NCBI GenBank assembly: GCA_963749495.1
Contig: CAVVMW010000023.1
Location: 416,001-480,000, forward strand
DNA: 64,000 bases
Reading direction: 5' to 3'
From: an uncultured bacterium
Lineage (GTDB): Bacteria; Verrucomicrobiota; Verrucomicrobiia; Limisphaerales; UBA8199
A program made the translations under genes and the position numbers. Shown piece after piece: positions 29,659 through 41,989 of this stretch. How positions within the stretch are numbered: the stretch's first letter is position 1; every line of letters begins with the position of its first letter. Below the pieces are notes generated by a model that worked only from the letters and a program-made list of their open reading frames with translations, made no database searches and was not told the DNA's origin.

Positions 29659-29878
29659 TCATACCCGACGCAAATCAACGCACTTGTGATTTCCGTCACA
29701 GACCAGCACGAAGTCGCCTCGGATGCCCTCGTGCGTGATGAGTTTCTGGAGCAGTGACGCAGGGAACTGAACGGTCTGTCCGGTCGTACTGCGGACGAGC
29801 ACATGCCGAACAGCACCACGGTAGTAGTCCAGATACTGCTCGGCAGAAATGTCCAAATGGAATTCGGTACTGGTTCAT
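29659..29878 (-). CDS. DUF2835 family protein (probable frameshift near the start)
   Basis: ISAEQYLDYYRG..VLVRS..GQTVQFPA pattern. Confidence 0.75.
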
Positions 29879-30276
29879 CCGCAGGTGGACTGTATCGCCT
29901 TTGACTCTCATTGGCCAGAGGTCTCCGAACGCCAACTCGCTCCCCCTTCTCCGGCTCTGCCCTGGTGATATCGCTGATCTGCCTGGGAATTGTGGCCGCC
30001 GTGTGCTTCCTGATCAAGAGGGGCAACTGAGGATCGATGCACCTGGGTTTGGTGTCCTGACCTCCATCAAAAAGTCACAGCGTTTTTTCGCCATGGACCG
30101 CCAATGTCCAATGGTCTCTGCGACAATCCGGTTCATGAAAACAGCAATTCAGTTTTTGCCGGTGGTCGAATTCCTTGCCTCGGTCCCAATTCACATGCCG
30201 AACAATCGAATAGTGCTGGATTTCGATAGGGTTGGCACAGGATTTGCTGCCGTACGCCATTGGTGCATTGGGGCTT

Positions 30277-30495
30277 ATGTCTGACAAAACGAAAGAGCCG
30301 CACTCGGCGAACGATTTGCTGAAGAACTCGCTGCTTTACCGAGAGTTCCAGGCGGAACGCGAGGAGATCCTCAAGCACAAGTGGATTGAGTCCGAAAAGG
30401 CCGGCGGTGACATTGGGTTTGATCGGGCGTTGACGGACTGGAACGTCAAGCACCGCTCCCAATGGCTAAGAGAGCGGCAAGGCAAGGTTCGCTGA
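30277..30495 (+). CDS. Second copy of the DUF4032-like small protein
   Basis: Highly similar to 10877..11110. Confidence 0.75.
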   Translation: MSDKTKEPHSANDLLKNSLLYREFQAEREEILKHKWIESEKAGGDIGFDRALTDWNVKHRSQWLRERQGKVR

Positions 30496-30839
30496 CCTGC
30501 CGGCGCTCCTCTAAGGCAGATTGTGGACCGGCATGACGAAGTTCAACGCCACGCTCAGGGCACAGATGGAATTGGCGGCTCGATACATGTACGCCGCCGC
30601 TGAAAACCCCTCGACTCACCTCGACTCGCGTACCACCCTCCGTTCAATCAATCGCCCCCCAGAGGAAACTTGCTGACTTGCCTGATCGACGCCAGCCCGG
30701 AAAACAGCGGCTATGGAGCCGGTCATCGCGGTGGACAACCCTGAATTGACCTGGCGCGATCTTGGCCGGTTGATTTGCGGTCATGGCAGGTGGGCGATGC
30801 GCATTGACTGCTTCTTGGGGCGGCGTTAATCTCGCGGAA

Positions 30840-31508
30840 ATGAGAACATCGTCAATGAGAGTTTTGCTTAAGAATGTTCCAACCGGCCTCTACTTGGGGC
30901 GGGGTGGAAAATGGACCGGGCAACCAGAGGCAGCGATGGCTTTTCTCGACGAGGTGCGAGCGAAAGATTACAGCATTTATCATGGCCTTTCTGACACCCA
31001 GGTAGTCGTGCTGGCTGAAGCCGGTGCCGCAAAAGCCTCATCGACCGCATCCGTAACCAACGAAGCACCAAATATGGCTTTCAAAACGAAAACACACCGA
31101 ATCAAGAAACAGGCCGAACCCAAAGTGGACCAACTGAGATCGAAAGAGGGAGGTTTCTTGGCGCAGCAAGTTTCCGAGGCGACTCAAAAACATGCAGAAA
31201 TAGAGCCGATGCCAGCCAAGCCCCCAACCAGGCTCAAGGCTGCAACTCCCGAACCCCGCACAATTGTTCAGGCCAACATCAATGTTGGCTTTGGAAACGC
31301 ACTCTTCATTCGCGGTGAGGGCAGTGGATTGAGCTGGGACGAGGGTCAGCCTCTCACGTGCATCGACAAAACGTGCTGGCATTGGTCTGGTACACAGACC
31401 CAGGACAAAGTGGTGTTCAAGTTGTTGCTGAACGACAAGACTTGGGCCAAGGGAGAGAACGTCGAGGTCGAGCCAGGGAAAACGATGAAGGTTGTGCCTG
31501 AGTTCTAG
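30840..31508 (+). CDS. Hypothetical protein with C-terminal CBM20-like domain
   Basis: VGFGNALFIRGEGSGLSWDEG ... FKLLLND..W..GEN. Confidence 0.65.
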   Translation: MRTSSMRVLLKNVPTGLYLGRGGKWTGQPEAAMAFLDEVRAKDYSIYHGLSDTQVVVLAEAGAAKASSTASVTNEAPNMAFKTKTHRIKKQAEPKVDQLRSKEGGFLAQQVSEATQKHAEIEPMPAKPPTRLKAATPEPRTIVQANINVGFGNALFIRGEGSGLSWDEGQPLTCIDKTCWHWSGTQTQDKVVFKLLLNDKTWAKGENVEVEPGKTMKVVPEF

Positions 31509-32122
31509 CGACAGAGTCGGGTGGGTATGGCGGGTGGGGCATGTGAATGGAGTTCCGAAATCACTTTGCCTGGATGACCGCCAAGAAAAGGAGTCGCCAG
31601 GAAAAACAACAGAACCTGGCGGCCGTGTGGCGAGCAAAAAGGGGGCGACTCAGCCTTCACCAAGTCGCCCCTAACCGAACTATGAAGCTCCACTGGGCTT
31701 CATCACCTTCGTTAAAGATAGCATATTCCGTGCCTGCTCTTTGCGCCCACAGCGCCATTCCCTTGAATCACGCCCAACTCCCGTTTGAAGATGCCCTGGA
31801 TTGCTGCAATGGGGGTGGTGAGGGAGAGGGGCGAGGCGGCGGTTCAGGAATAGCTGGGAAAAGGCCTTCACCACATCGTGTCGTTGATTCCCGGCAGCAC
31901 CTCGGCTAAACTCGCGCTCATGGGCACGCTTTCCCCCTTTTTCAGACCCCACGGCGAACGCTACACCACCACCCGCTCAGTGACGTTGGACGCTCAAGGC
32001 AAAGGCGCATCCCACGAACACCTGAAGTGCGGGGGCGGCGAGACTAATGGGACGAGGGGCACCAGGGGGGCCGCGATGCCGTTTCCCGTGGACTCGGCAA
32101 AGGCTTGGTGTAAACTCTTGCC

Positions 32123-32419
32123 GTGGCCAACAAGCCTCGGTTCCATTGTGACGCGCGCGCCAGCTTTGCGATCGCCTTCCGCAACTGGCGGCGGAACAAC
32201 AAGGTTACGCTTAAGGCGATCGCCAAGGATTTGGGCGTTTCCATTTCCACGGTCAGCTCGTGGGAGTCAGGTGAACGGTTTCCCGGGGGTTATAATTTCG
32301 AGATGCTTGTGGAATATACCGGCCTGCCCCCCTGCAAGCTGTTCTGCGTCATGGCCGACAAGTGTGTCCCCGCCGACTGCTTGCTGGCGATGAGCCGAAT
32401 ATCATCCAAGCGTGCTTGA
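32123..32419 (+). CDS. XRE family HTH regulator
   Basis: TLKAIAKDLGVSISTVSSWESGERFP. Confidence 0.85.
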   Translation: MANKPRFHCDARASFAIAFRNWRRNNKVTLKAIAKDLGVSISTVSSWESGERFPGGYNFEMLVEYTGLPPCKLFCVMADKCVPADCLLAMSRISSKRA

Positions 32420-32499
32420 AAACAGGGTGGCCCAGGCGTCCTGCCTGCACCGCTCGCCCACTTGCGCAGACACCGGCGCGCCCTCCCTGCCGTTTCCAC

Positions 32500-33357
32500 T
32501 TTAAAGATTTCATCAAAGCGACCCTTGCGGAGCATTTCAGGCGGCAGTTGGGATACGTCATTGGCAGTAGCGACCACGAACACAGGGGCCTTTTTCTCCT
32601 GCATCCACGAAATGAAGCTGCCGAAGACCCTGCTTGAAGTGCCGCCATCCGTTGCGTTCGAGCTTTTGGTGCCGCTGAATCCCTTCTCTATTTCGTCGAT
32701 CCAGAGACAGCAGGGAGCAATGGCCTCGGCAGTTTGAATGACGGCCCGCAGGTTCGATTCTGACTGCCCCACCAAACCAGCGAAGATCCGGCCTGCATCG
32801 AGTTTCAGCAAGGGTACACCAAACACCTTTGCTGTGGCTTTGGCAGTTAAACTTTTGCCGGTTCCAGGAATTCCAATTATCAGGAGTCCTTTTGGAGTTG
32901 GCAGTCCGTATTCGATCGCTCTCTGGCTGAATGCATTACGGCGTTTCAGCAGCCATTCCTTCAACACGTCCAGGCCGCCAATGGATTCCAGGCTTTCTTT
33001 GGTCTCGATGATCTCCAGAATGCCGTTTTTCTTCACTGCCTGGGCTTTCTCTCTGGTCACAATTGCAGGGTCGATGTTTTTGTTTTCCACGACGGACAGA
33101 GCAAAAGCATTCTCAGCTTCAATGGTGGTCAATCCGGAGGCAGCATCGATCACCTTGTCCCTTTGTTCTGTCTCCATGCTCTTTGTGGTCCCTTTTGAAG
33201 TATCCACCAAGCCGTCAACCGCACTCCAGAGGACCAGGTTGTACTTGAGGTCCTGGGCGATGGTCTTCATTTCTGCGTTGACCCTTTGTTCTTCTGGAGA
33301 GACGAGGTAAAGGCCAGGATAACCAGATCTGATGTAGTTGATGATTTTGGATTTCAC
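32500..33357 (-). pseudogene. Ycf46-like AAA ATPase, internally deleted and 3' truncated
   Basis: GIPGTGKS, WIDEIEK, ATAN, RKGRFDE then loss of homology; abrupt junction near 33180. Confidence 0.75.
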
Positions 33358-33850
33358 TTTGTATTAGTCCTTTCGGTTGATGATGGTTTGATGTTGTGGA
33401 TAGACTTATGGCCGCCGACCTACACTATTCCGCTCCATGGGTGTGTGCAGGCTCGAGGCCAGTGGTTTGAACGCCGATGGAAGCCGACCATTTTCGTATC
33501 TATCTGCGCAACGCAGTACTGGATTGGGCAGACTTTGGCTCTCGGACATGGGTCGAGGTGGTGGCTGGGCGCTCGATTGTTCTTGATTTTGTGTCGCGCA
33601 AAACCTCTAATCGGCCAAGCAGCAGACTTTATGAATGGGCCCCGCAGGAAATCGGCCCCGGCAAAAAGGTTTGGACCTGGCAGGAGGTCCACCGGTAGTC
33701 CACCGTTTACGCTCATCGAACTTCTTGTGGTCATCGTGCGCAAGGAGCCGCGCTTCGATGTGCTGCCGAAAAGAGCGGGCCTCGGTAAATGATCTTCACA
33801 TTCCAACAGTCCATGAAAGTGTTGCTCGTGGTGGGTCGGAGGCTTTGTCA

Positions 33851-36341
33851 ATGATCGGCAAGTCCTTCGAACACTATGAAATTGTCGGCTACCTTGGCTC
33901 AGGTGGTATGGGCGAGGTCTTCCGCGCACGAGACACCCGGCTGGGTCGTGACGTGGCGGTGAAGACGCTGCCGAAGGAGTTCGCATCGGACACTGACCGA
34001 CTGAGGAGGTTCGAACAAGAGGCCAAGACTCTCGCGACGCTGAATCACCCCAATATTCTGACCGTGTTCGACGTGGGCCAGTACGAGGGGCAACCGTATC
34101 TCGTCAGTGAATTGCTCGAAGGACGCACTTTGCGAGAAGAATTGACTGGCGATGCCCTGCCGGCGCGCAGAGCGACAGAATACGCCCTCCAGATCGCCCA
34201 CGGATTGGCTGCTGCTCACAACAGGAACGTCATCCATCGCGACCTCAAGCCGGAGAACCTGTTCGTCACCAAAGACGGCCGGGTGAAGATCCTGGATTTC
34301 GGTTTGGCGAAGCTCCGTGAAATCGATCCGAGATCGGGCACCCAGACACAGACCTCGGCTGTCGATGCCGATGCATCGACACGAGTGGAACAAGCCGTTG
34401 AATCCACCGAACCGGGCCGGGTCATGGGCACGCCCAATTACATGGCGCCTGAGCAAATCAGGGGCGAACACGTGGATCACCGGGCGGACCTCTTCGCTTT
34501 CGGTTGCGTGCTGTACGAGATGCTGAGTGGCCGGCGCCCATTTAAGCGGGACACATCCATCGCCACAATGTCGGCGATCATGAAGGACGAGCCGCCCAAT
34601 CTCCTGGACGCCAAGCCTAACCTCCCGCCGTCCCTGACACAGATTGTCCACCGCTGCCTGGAGAAGAACCCCGAGAATCGCTTCCAGTCCGCGAAGGATT
34701 TGGCCTTTGCCCTCGAAACAATAGGATCCGCGAAACCGCCTTCCACACGACTGTCCAGCAAAAGCGGCAATGGACGTGTGCAGGCTCGTTCGGACGCTGT
34801 GCCTGCACCTAGCTTTCCTACCGCGAGGGCTCTACGGTGGGCGTTGGTGCTCGCTCTGGGTGGCATAGGAATTTGGCTTTATTACTTCAGCGGACGCTTG
34901 GCGAAATTGGAAACGATGCCACGGACCAGTGCATCTTCTCCTCTTGTCGACACCGTGGAGCTCAAGTCCGTAGCGGTGCTGCCGTTTGTGAACATGAGTT
35001 CCGACAAGGAGAACGAGTATTTAAGCGACGGGATCACCGAAGAAGCTATGCACAGCGTTGACGCAGGTTCGGGGATTGCGCGTGCCGGCTCGGACTTCCT
35101 GCTTCGTCTTTAAGGGCAAGACCGACGATATTCGGAAGATTGGCCAGCAACTCAATGTTGCCACAGTCCTGGAAGGGAGCGTGAGCCAATCGGGCAATAA
35201 ACTCCGCATCACCGCGCAGCTTATCAGTGTCGCGGATGGCTTCCATCTCTGGGCCACCAATTATGACCGTGAGATGATGGACATTCTCGTGATTCGGAGT
35301 GACATCGCCCAAGAGGTCGTGGCCGCCTTGCGAGTCCAGCTTGGCGTCGAGGAAACTCAACGCATCGTAAAGAAACCGACGGAGAATCTTGAAGCCTACA
35401 ATTGTTACTTGCAGGGCCGGTTCTGGTGGAACAAGCGAACGCTGGAGGGCTTGAACAAAGCCATCCGCCAGTTTCAGGAGGCCATCGTCCTGGACCCTCA
35501 TTACGCGATCGCGTATGCGGGTTTGGCCGACGCTCATGCGTTGCTCACCTATTACGGCCCGGTGGCGCCGAAGGACTGCTTCCCGCAAGCCAAAGCGGCT
35601 GCGGCAAAGGCAGTGGAGCTGGATGATCAACTGTCGGAGGGGCACGTTTCCTTGGCGTTCGTCAGATTCATGTGGGACTGGGATTGGCCGGCTGCCGAGA
35701 ACGAATTCAGGCGGGCTATTGAACTGAATCCGAACAACGGCACCGCGCATCATTGGTACAGCCTGTACTTGCGGGTCCTCAGGCGATTTGATGACGCCGT
35801 TATGGAGTTGAGAAAGGCTCAGTCGGTCGACCCTCTGTCGTTGATCATCGGTGCAGAGCTGGGTTCAGCCCTTACGCTGGCACAACAATATGACTTAGCC
35901 TTTGCGGAGTTTCAGAAGAACCTCGAGCGGGATCCTGGCTTTCACTTTACTTACTTTGAGCTCAGCTGCACTTACCGGAAATGCGCGAAGTACCCGGAAG
36001 CCATCGCCGCGGCTAAGAAGGCGTGTGAACTGGCTCCAGAGGCCCCCTTCAACTCCGTGGCCCTGGCTGTAGCTTACGCCGCGGCCGGTCAGAAAGCGGA
36101 AACAAAACAGGTCCTGGACAAGCTGCTCGATCAGAGCCGACACGCCTACTTCCCGGCGCTTCGAATTGCCTACTTATATGTCGCCCTTGGCGACAAGGAA
36201 CAGGCGTTGCTTTGGTTGGAAAAGGCCTATGACGAGCGCGCGTATCTCCTCGGCTATGTCAACGCCGAACCCATGTTCGACCGGCTGCGCTCGGAGCCCC
36301 GGTTTATTGCATTGCTCAGAAAAATGGGGCTGCAGGAATGA
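33851..36341 (+). CDS. Ser/Thr kinase with TM, TolB-N-like and TPR domains (frameshift near 35045)
   Basis: [39 protein letters not shown] repeats. Confidence 0.9.
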
Positions 36342-36600
36342 GCAACCGCACTGAACAACGCAAGCGCGCGGCGCTGGCGGAAAAAGCGGACTTGGTTTGG
36401 ACATCAACTAAGCAGACTTGACTCGATGGAGCTCCTGCCGCTCCCGACGGATAAAACAACTGTTCACCGTCACGCGCCCAGAGAGGCTCGCGGCCTTTCT
36501 CACTGGATAACGAAATAATCGTCTTCCAGTCGGAAGAACCACGCGGGAGTCCGGGTGGCCGGTGTGGTGTTGGAGGCCAATCGTCGTGATCAACGACGGT

Positions 36601-38466
36601 TCAATCCTTGCCGGCGTCAAAGCACTGCTGGCAAATCTCAGCGCCGCCAAGACAGAGAGAACGCCAGTCCGGATCACCGGGACAACCAACTCTGATGAAA
36701 ACCAGCAGATGACACAAACCAGCGGCCCTTTTGTCCGAAAAAGGAGAACCACAAAGCCTCCGCGCGAATTGGCTGAGCGCCTCGTCGAGTTGTTTGGCTT
36801 GCAAGGAAGTGACTCCCAGTTGTGGATATGGCTCAGGCCGATTCAGCAACGAGAGGGCCCTGCTGGAGATTTGATACGCTGAACTGTACGCCTCCGTAGG
36901 CGAGTAGATGTGTTTTTCCGTGCCGCGATAGATTTGCAACGTCAAAAACCCCGAACTGATCTCGACCCCACCGTCCGCCAGATCTGTCAATTTGGGCGTG
37001 AAGTCAATCGGCGGGTCCGTTCGGAGAAAGGGAACAGGTGGTTTTTTGGGATGAGGCGGCAAAGCTGGAATGGGTCCGGCAAGCGGTTTGAGCCGCTCCA
37101 GGGTCCGGAGGTTCCTTGCCCAAGCCGCGGACGTCCCGTTGGAATTGGGATCATACTCATAATAGGCGGGTGGCGCATTACGGCACGCGGCGACCGCATT
37201 GAGAATCCACCAGTTCCGTCCGCTCCACGCCGCCTCGAAATCCAGACAGCTCAAGAGGGTCGGAATGGCTTGATCTCCCGCATACATTCGCACCAGCCGG
37301 AGCGAATCGACCCACTCGGGGCATTCGGGGGTTTGCTCGCGGCTCATCAGCATTGGCAACAGCCAATGGGGGGACATCGGCTGATGCAGCTTCTCGGCCA
37401 ACGCAAGAACAACCTCGTAGCGTAACCCGAGGTCGCTTGCATTGACGCGCGGTTTGAGCACGGCAATGGCACCTGGCCCACCATAAATTGCCAGCGCATT
37501 GACTGCGGCACGTTGCAAGTCCACCGTGCCGCTCTCAAGCACGTTCGTCAAAACCGGCAATGCGCGTTCGGACTTGCAGGTGCCCAGGGCCCGCAGCAGG
37601 GCCTTCGCTACCGGAGACTGTTGCCCAGGCAAGGCCATGATCAAAGCGTCAACCGCTCGGGGCATTTGGATGACTCCAAGGGCGCCAACCGCCGCAATCC
37701 GAATGGCCGTGTCAGGATCGTTCATTCCCTTCAACAGGATTTCCAGAGATTCGTCCGCTGGAATCAAGGAAAGCGCGCCGAGAGAGGCCACCCGCTGTTC
37801 CGTGGTCCCATGGGTCGCGAACTGGCCCAGGGGCGGAACGGCATCTTCGCCTCCGAAGCGAGCGACCAGACCAAGGATTTCAGCCAGTTCCTTGCCGCGA
37901 GACGCCTGGACCTTTGCCACCAATTCATCGAGAACCTGCAGCACACGTTCGGGTGTGCGCTCCAGTATCGAAAGTTGGAAACTGGCGCTTACCACGGGAT
38001 TGGTCTGGTCCTTCTTGGCGGTCCACCGACTATCGAAGGCGAAACTGCACTTCACGGAGTACTCGCCAGGTTTCTCAATGGTGCGGAAGTCCAGGAGGTT
38101 GATGATGTTTGAGAAGCTCTGGCCTGGCGTGAGCCTCACCTGGCGGGCCATGCCACCCAACTCAAACTGGGTGGCCCGGGGATCGGGAAGCACGTTGCCG
38201 TCTGCACCCATAACGGTGATTTTGAACCTGTCGTGGCGGCCAGTTGGCTGCCAGTCTCCTCCAAAAACGAAGGCGAAATGTCCCGGCCCCAAATTCTCAA
38301 CCCTGAACGTGAGTTGCAGCGGTTCGCCCAGGACGAGTTGCGCCTTGTAGGGAACAAACCCAGCGCGCAGCGTGGTGTTCGAGGTGGCGTAATCCTGCAA
38401 ATAGAACTGCGGGTCGCTGGCCTTCGATGGTGTCGCGGTGACGATGAAGATCGCAGCAGACTGCAA
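36601..38466 (-). CDS. HEAT-repeat protein with N-terminal Ig-like domain
   Basis: Repeated RxAAVxALG HEAT units; start uncertain. Confidence 0.7.
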   Translation of the reverse strand: MQSAAIFIVTATPSKASDPQFYLQDYATSNTTLRAGFVPYKAQLVLGEPLQLTFRVENLGPGHFAFVFGGDWQPTGRHDRFKITVMGADGNVLPDPRATQFELGGMARQVRLTPGQSFSNIINLLDFRTIEKPGEYSVKCSFAFDSRWTAKKDQTNPVVSASFQLSILERTPERVLQVLDELVAKVQASRGKELAEILGLVARFGGEDAVPPLGQFATHGTTEQRVASLGALSLIPADESLEILLKGMNDPDTAIRIAAVGALGVIQMPRAVDALIMALPGQQSPVAKALLRALGTCKSERALPVLTNVLESGTVDLQRAAVNALAIYGGPGAIAVLKPRVNASDLGLRYEVVLALAEKLHQPMSPHWLLPMLMSREQTPECPEWVDSLRLVRMYAGDQAIPTLLSCLDFEAAWSGRNWWILNAVAACRNAPPAYYEYDPNSNGTSAAWARNLRTLERLKPLAGPIPALPPHPKKPPVPFLRTDPPIDFTPKLTDLADGGVEISSGFLTLQIYRGTEKHIYSPTEAYSSAYQISSRALSLLNRPEPYPQLGVTSLQAKQLDEALSQFARRLCGSPFSDKRAAGLCHLLVFIRVGCPGDPDWRSLCLGGAEICQQCFDAGKD

Positions 38467-39157
38467 GCCAAGGGTTTCTAGGCATCACCATCTTCATTTC
38501 TGGTTTGACGGCATTCTGCTGTCTTCCGTTCAACTCCTCCTCAAGCACAGTGTCCAACCTCCCTGAGCAGTACCCTTCCGTGATGAAGTGAAACGGGGCA
38601 TCCAGATCCACTGGGCCAACAGGAGATTCTGAAAGCACTTCAGCCTGAAATCGAGGCCGGCAATTATATAAATGGGCCCCCTGGCACTACGCCTTCTCCG
38701 CCTTCGGCAGCCTTCTCTTGGCCAGCGTGTGACCCTCAGCACCAAATGAGCAGCAGGAAGAAGCAACACCCCCAACAACGCCGCGGCCAACCCGAAAGCT
38801 GCGGCCTTCTTGTCTTTGTCCCTCATGAGCCCGATGGAGGCTGAGCAACAGACCAGCCGGCATCCCCATGAATATGGCCAGCTCGCCAAGGGCTGTAATG
38901 GGCGAACCTCAGCCAGGATGAAAGAGCAGCATGGCGCCGAAGGCGGCTAACGAGGCGAGCGAAAAGGCAAGACCAATCCGCCCCAACACCCTCTTCGGCG
39001 TGGTCGAAGTCCAGCATTGACCGGCGGTGCATTCTCTGGTTCAGGCATAAGACCCGAGGATCTTGTATTGACCTGGAAGACACTGCGCCCGATCAGGTGT
39101 CGAGTCAATGCAAAAATGCTCCGGCAAATCGGATGGGAGGAGGACGACACAAAACGC

Positions 39158-39340
39158 TCACCCCTCCCCCAGCACCTCCAGGCTCAAAACCTCCCCCGGT
39201 TCGCATTCGGCAAGGACCTCGAACGGACGGCAGCACACCTCGCAATCGGTCGTAAACCGCTGCGTTCGGGTGCTCGTGTCAATCACCAGGTCGAAGCTCT
39301 GGCCGCAATACGGGCACTGAATGGTTTGGCTGACTTCCAT
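39158..39340 (-). CDS. CPXCG motif-containing cysteine-rich protein
   Basis: CPYCG and DCEVCCRP. Confidence 0.85.
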   Translation of the reverse strand: MEVSQTIQCPYCGQSFDLVIDTSTRTQRFTTDCEVCCRPFEVLAECEPGEVLSLEVLGEG

Positions 39341-39385
39341 ATTTAACTGTCGGGAGGAAGATTCGCCCAGCCTTGAAGCAATTCA

Positions 39386-41064
39386 GACTGGTCAGCAGAA
39401 TGTATGGGTAAGTCGAGGCTCGGGTAAGCGGCCAAGGCAATGATACAGGGCCAATTCCATGGCTGGATAGGTGCGGAAGCCGTAAGATCGTCTGGTTACC
39501 ACTCGAATCTTGTTGTTCAGGCCCTCGACGGCGGCGCTGGAGAGCTCACCTTTGGCCTCGAACCAATTCAAGATCAACGGCTCATGGGCGCGCAGCATCC
39601 GGGCCACCTTCTTCATTGGTTCGAGCCGGCTGCGCATGGCTCGAGCGCACCAATAACCCAGATAGGCCACCACATAGATCGGAGAACGGTAGTGCCAAAG
39701 GTAGTCGAAGCTCTCCTTGAGGTTCCAGGCCCGTGCCGTCGCCAGCTTGCTGGCCAACAGGGCGTTGAGCTTGGAGCGGGCACGGCCCCGCACCCGGCTG
39801 CCCCGGCGCAACAACTGCCAGCGCATGCCCTTGAGCCGCTGAGCCAGGGGCCGGCCGTGCAAGCGCGACTGCTCGCCCCGGCGCACCTCGTCCACCGCCT
39901 CGTTGAGGTGCCCCACGATATGAAAGCGGTCCAGCACGTTGAGCGCCTGCGGTATCTTGGCCGCGATCACCTTCAGGTAGGGCTTCCACATGTCGCTGCA
40001 CACATACTTCAGAGCGCTGACCACCGGGGCTCCCAATTCTGCCAAGCCCCGCCGCAACGTGGCTTGAGTGCGCCGCCGACCCAGCCACAGCAAGCGCCGA
40101 CAGTGGGGGTCAATCTGGTAAATCACCGTCAGGAAGTTGTCGGCCTTCTGGCCCTTGCCCCAATGGATCTCGTCCACTCCGATGGCCTCCACACCCTCCA
40201 GGCGCCGGTGCTCCAAACCCCATTGGACGAACCACTGCACCGAACGGTAGACGGCCTCCCAACTGGTGTGGAAGGCCTGGGCGGTTTCCTTCCAGGACAG
40301 CCGCCGGGCCCACCGGGCCAAGAGGCCCATCATCGCCGTCGTCACCGGCCGCTTGCCCTGGCTCCAGGGGATATGCTCGACGACCACCCCGTCCTGCGGA
40401 CAATTGACCCGCCGCGGGGGGTAGAGGAAATAGGTCTTGACGCCCCACATCGGCGGAAACAGCCAGGACCGCTGGGGCAACTGATCATAGCCGGGGACTG
40501 GCTGCAGGCACCGGGAGCACTTGGCGGGAATGCCGCCATGGGGTTGGAGGGTGATCTCGAGCCGCCGGCCACGGCCTCGGCGGTCCCGGCACAAGCGGAT
40601 GTCCTGGTAAACGAAGCCCACAAAGTGTTGAATGTCGTTGAGAACCGTCTTAACCTTCAATTGCATAGCTGGTCTGCCGCTCGGTGGCGGGCGTGCTTTT
40701 CACATCTCGCAGGCTACCGCAAGCCAGGCAGATCAGCTATCGCTTTGTGGCGCTGGGCAGCCCTCCGAGCCAAGCACACCTTCACCAGCAATTCCTTAGC
40801 GGCGCATCATGGCGGAGGGCGGGGCTGTCAAGGTGGAGCGCAGCAGGGCACGAGGGCACGTGGCGAGCAATACCTTGACAGCCCCGCCCGGAGCCATACC
40901 CTGGCCGCGCCGGAATTGCTTGAAGTCCTTCTCCGGCCGTTAGGCCGCTCGATTCGTCGCGGAGCGTGCCGCGGGATGTTCCACGACCGCCCAACTCACC
41001 AACGTCAACCCTCCGAACTGAACACGTGTCCAGATGTTTCACCCACAAATTGTGCGGGGGACCC
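39386..41064 (-). mobile_element. ISL3 family insertion sequence, copy 1 (1679 bp)
   Basis: 8 bp TSD GCAATTCA (39378..39385, 41065..41072); near-identical to 54204..55882. Confidence 0.95.
39392..40666 (-). CDS. ISL3 family transposase
   Basis: CxxC zinc finger, IGVDE, CSDMW, DRFH, VEGLNNKI, YGFR. Confidence 0.95.
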   Translation of the reverse strand: MQLKVKTVLNDIQHFVGFVYQDIRLCRDRRGRGRRLEITLQPHGGIPAKCSRCLQPVPGYDQLPQRSWLFPPMWGVKTYFLYPPRRVNCPQDGVVVEHIPWSQGKRPVTTAMMGLLARWARRLSWKETAQAFHTSWEAVYRSVQWFVQWGLEHRRLEGVEAIGVDEIHWGKGQKADNFLTVIYQIDPHCRRLLWLGRRRTQATLRRGLAELGAPVVSALKYVCSDMWKPYLKVIAAKIPQALNVLDRFHIVGHLNEAVDEVRRGEQSRLHGRPLAQRLKGMRWQLLRRGSRVRGRARSKLNALLASKLATARAWNLKESFDYLWHYRSPIYVVAYLGYWCARAMRSRLEPMKKVARMLRAHEPLILNWFEAKGELSSAAVEGLNNKIRVVTRRSYGFRTYPAMELALYHCLGRLPEPRLTHTFC

Positions 41065-41186
41065 GCAATTCAAGCGGCCCCTTCAGATGAAACCGGCGAA
41101 ACTTGCAGGTTGACATCATCTGGCGCTATGGGAGGCTGCGGAACTGATGAGTGCGGGCCAAGTACCGCCCGGAATGCCGTAAAACG

Positions 41187-41640
41187 ATGAGAAAATTCGC
41201 CCTGACAAAATCGAGACGCAGATTCGTGTCCCTCGCCCTATCCTTGCTTGGATGCGCCATTTTGACCGTCAATGTTCTGGGACGAGGCGGGTCCGGGAAC
41301 GAAAACACCACTTCAGCCATTGCGAAGGAACTCGGCGCCCTGTGCTGTCCTGTCGGTCCGGCTTGGGCCAATGTCCTGAAAGAGCGACCCGACGTTCGAA
41401 CTCTACCAAAGCGACGGGAGCCACCCCAGCCCTGTGGGCAGCTACCTCGGGGCATGTGTTTTCTACGCCATGCTCTACCGCAAGAGTCCGGTTGGCTTGC
41501 CGGGCAACGTGATCGCCAAATACGACGCGGCCCGGGTCATAACGCTCGTAGATTTGAGTGAAAGGGACGCCCGGCTGTTTCAGCAAACAGCAGCCGAAAC
41601 GCTCAACGAATGGAAGGGAGGAGTGACTTCCCCTCCTTGA
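41187..41640 (+). pseudogene. Fragmented SGNH/GDSL-like hydrolase
   Basis: PVGPAW ... (frameshift) DGSHPS..GSYLGACVFY. Confidence 0.5.
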
Positions 41641-41989
41641 TTTCGGTCATTTGATCTCGCAGGTTTCATGGTTTGACTGACGCGGGAAGACCAGGGCCTT
41701 CGCGCTAATCTTCCGGCGTCGAAGTGGCTTTGATGGCCTTGGGGTTTGAGATTATCTGCGCCCCACCCATCATCCCCTCATAATTGGCCAGCGCGCGGTT
41801 GATGTCGTAGCAAAGATCGGTGGCGATTGTTTCTTTGCTTCCAGGCCGAAATCAACGGGCGGCCTGGATTTGAACGGGGAAGGTGATGGTGTTCCTGTTC
41901 ATTCCAGGTCATCGCCATCCACCGTCCGCTTGAAGAACGAGGGATCGCCGATGTTGACATCCTCGGAAATCACCTTACACTGCCTTTTC

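Noticed and set aside
31600..31800. Possible ncRNA ending in the GGGGCGAC/GTCGCCCC hairpin on the minus strand
   Set aside because: Only a terminator-like hairpin is visible; no recognisable RNA family, so an Infernal/Rfam search would be needed
33286..33792. Prepilin-type gene
   Set aside because: Only an isolated [10 protein letters not shown] remnant near the end of an unconvincing ORF
39440..41113. Long plus-strand ORFs of 557 and 560 aa (also 54258..55940)
   Set aside because: Antisense shadows of the transposase; no motifs
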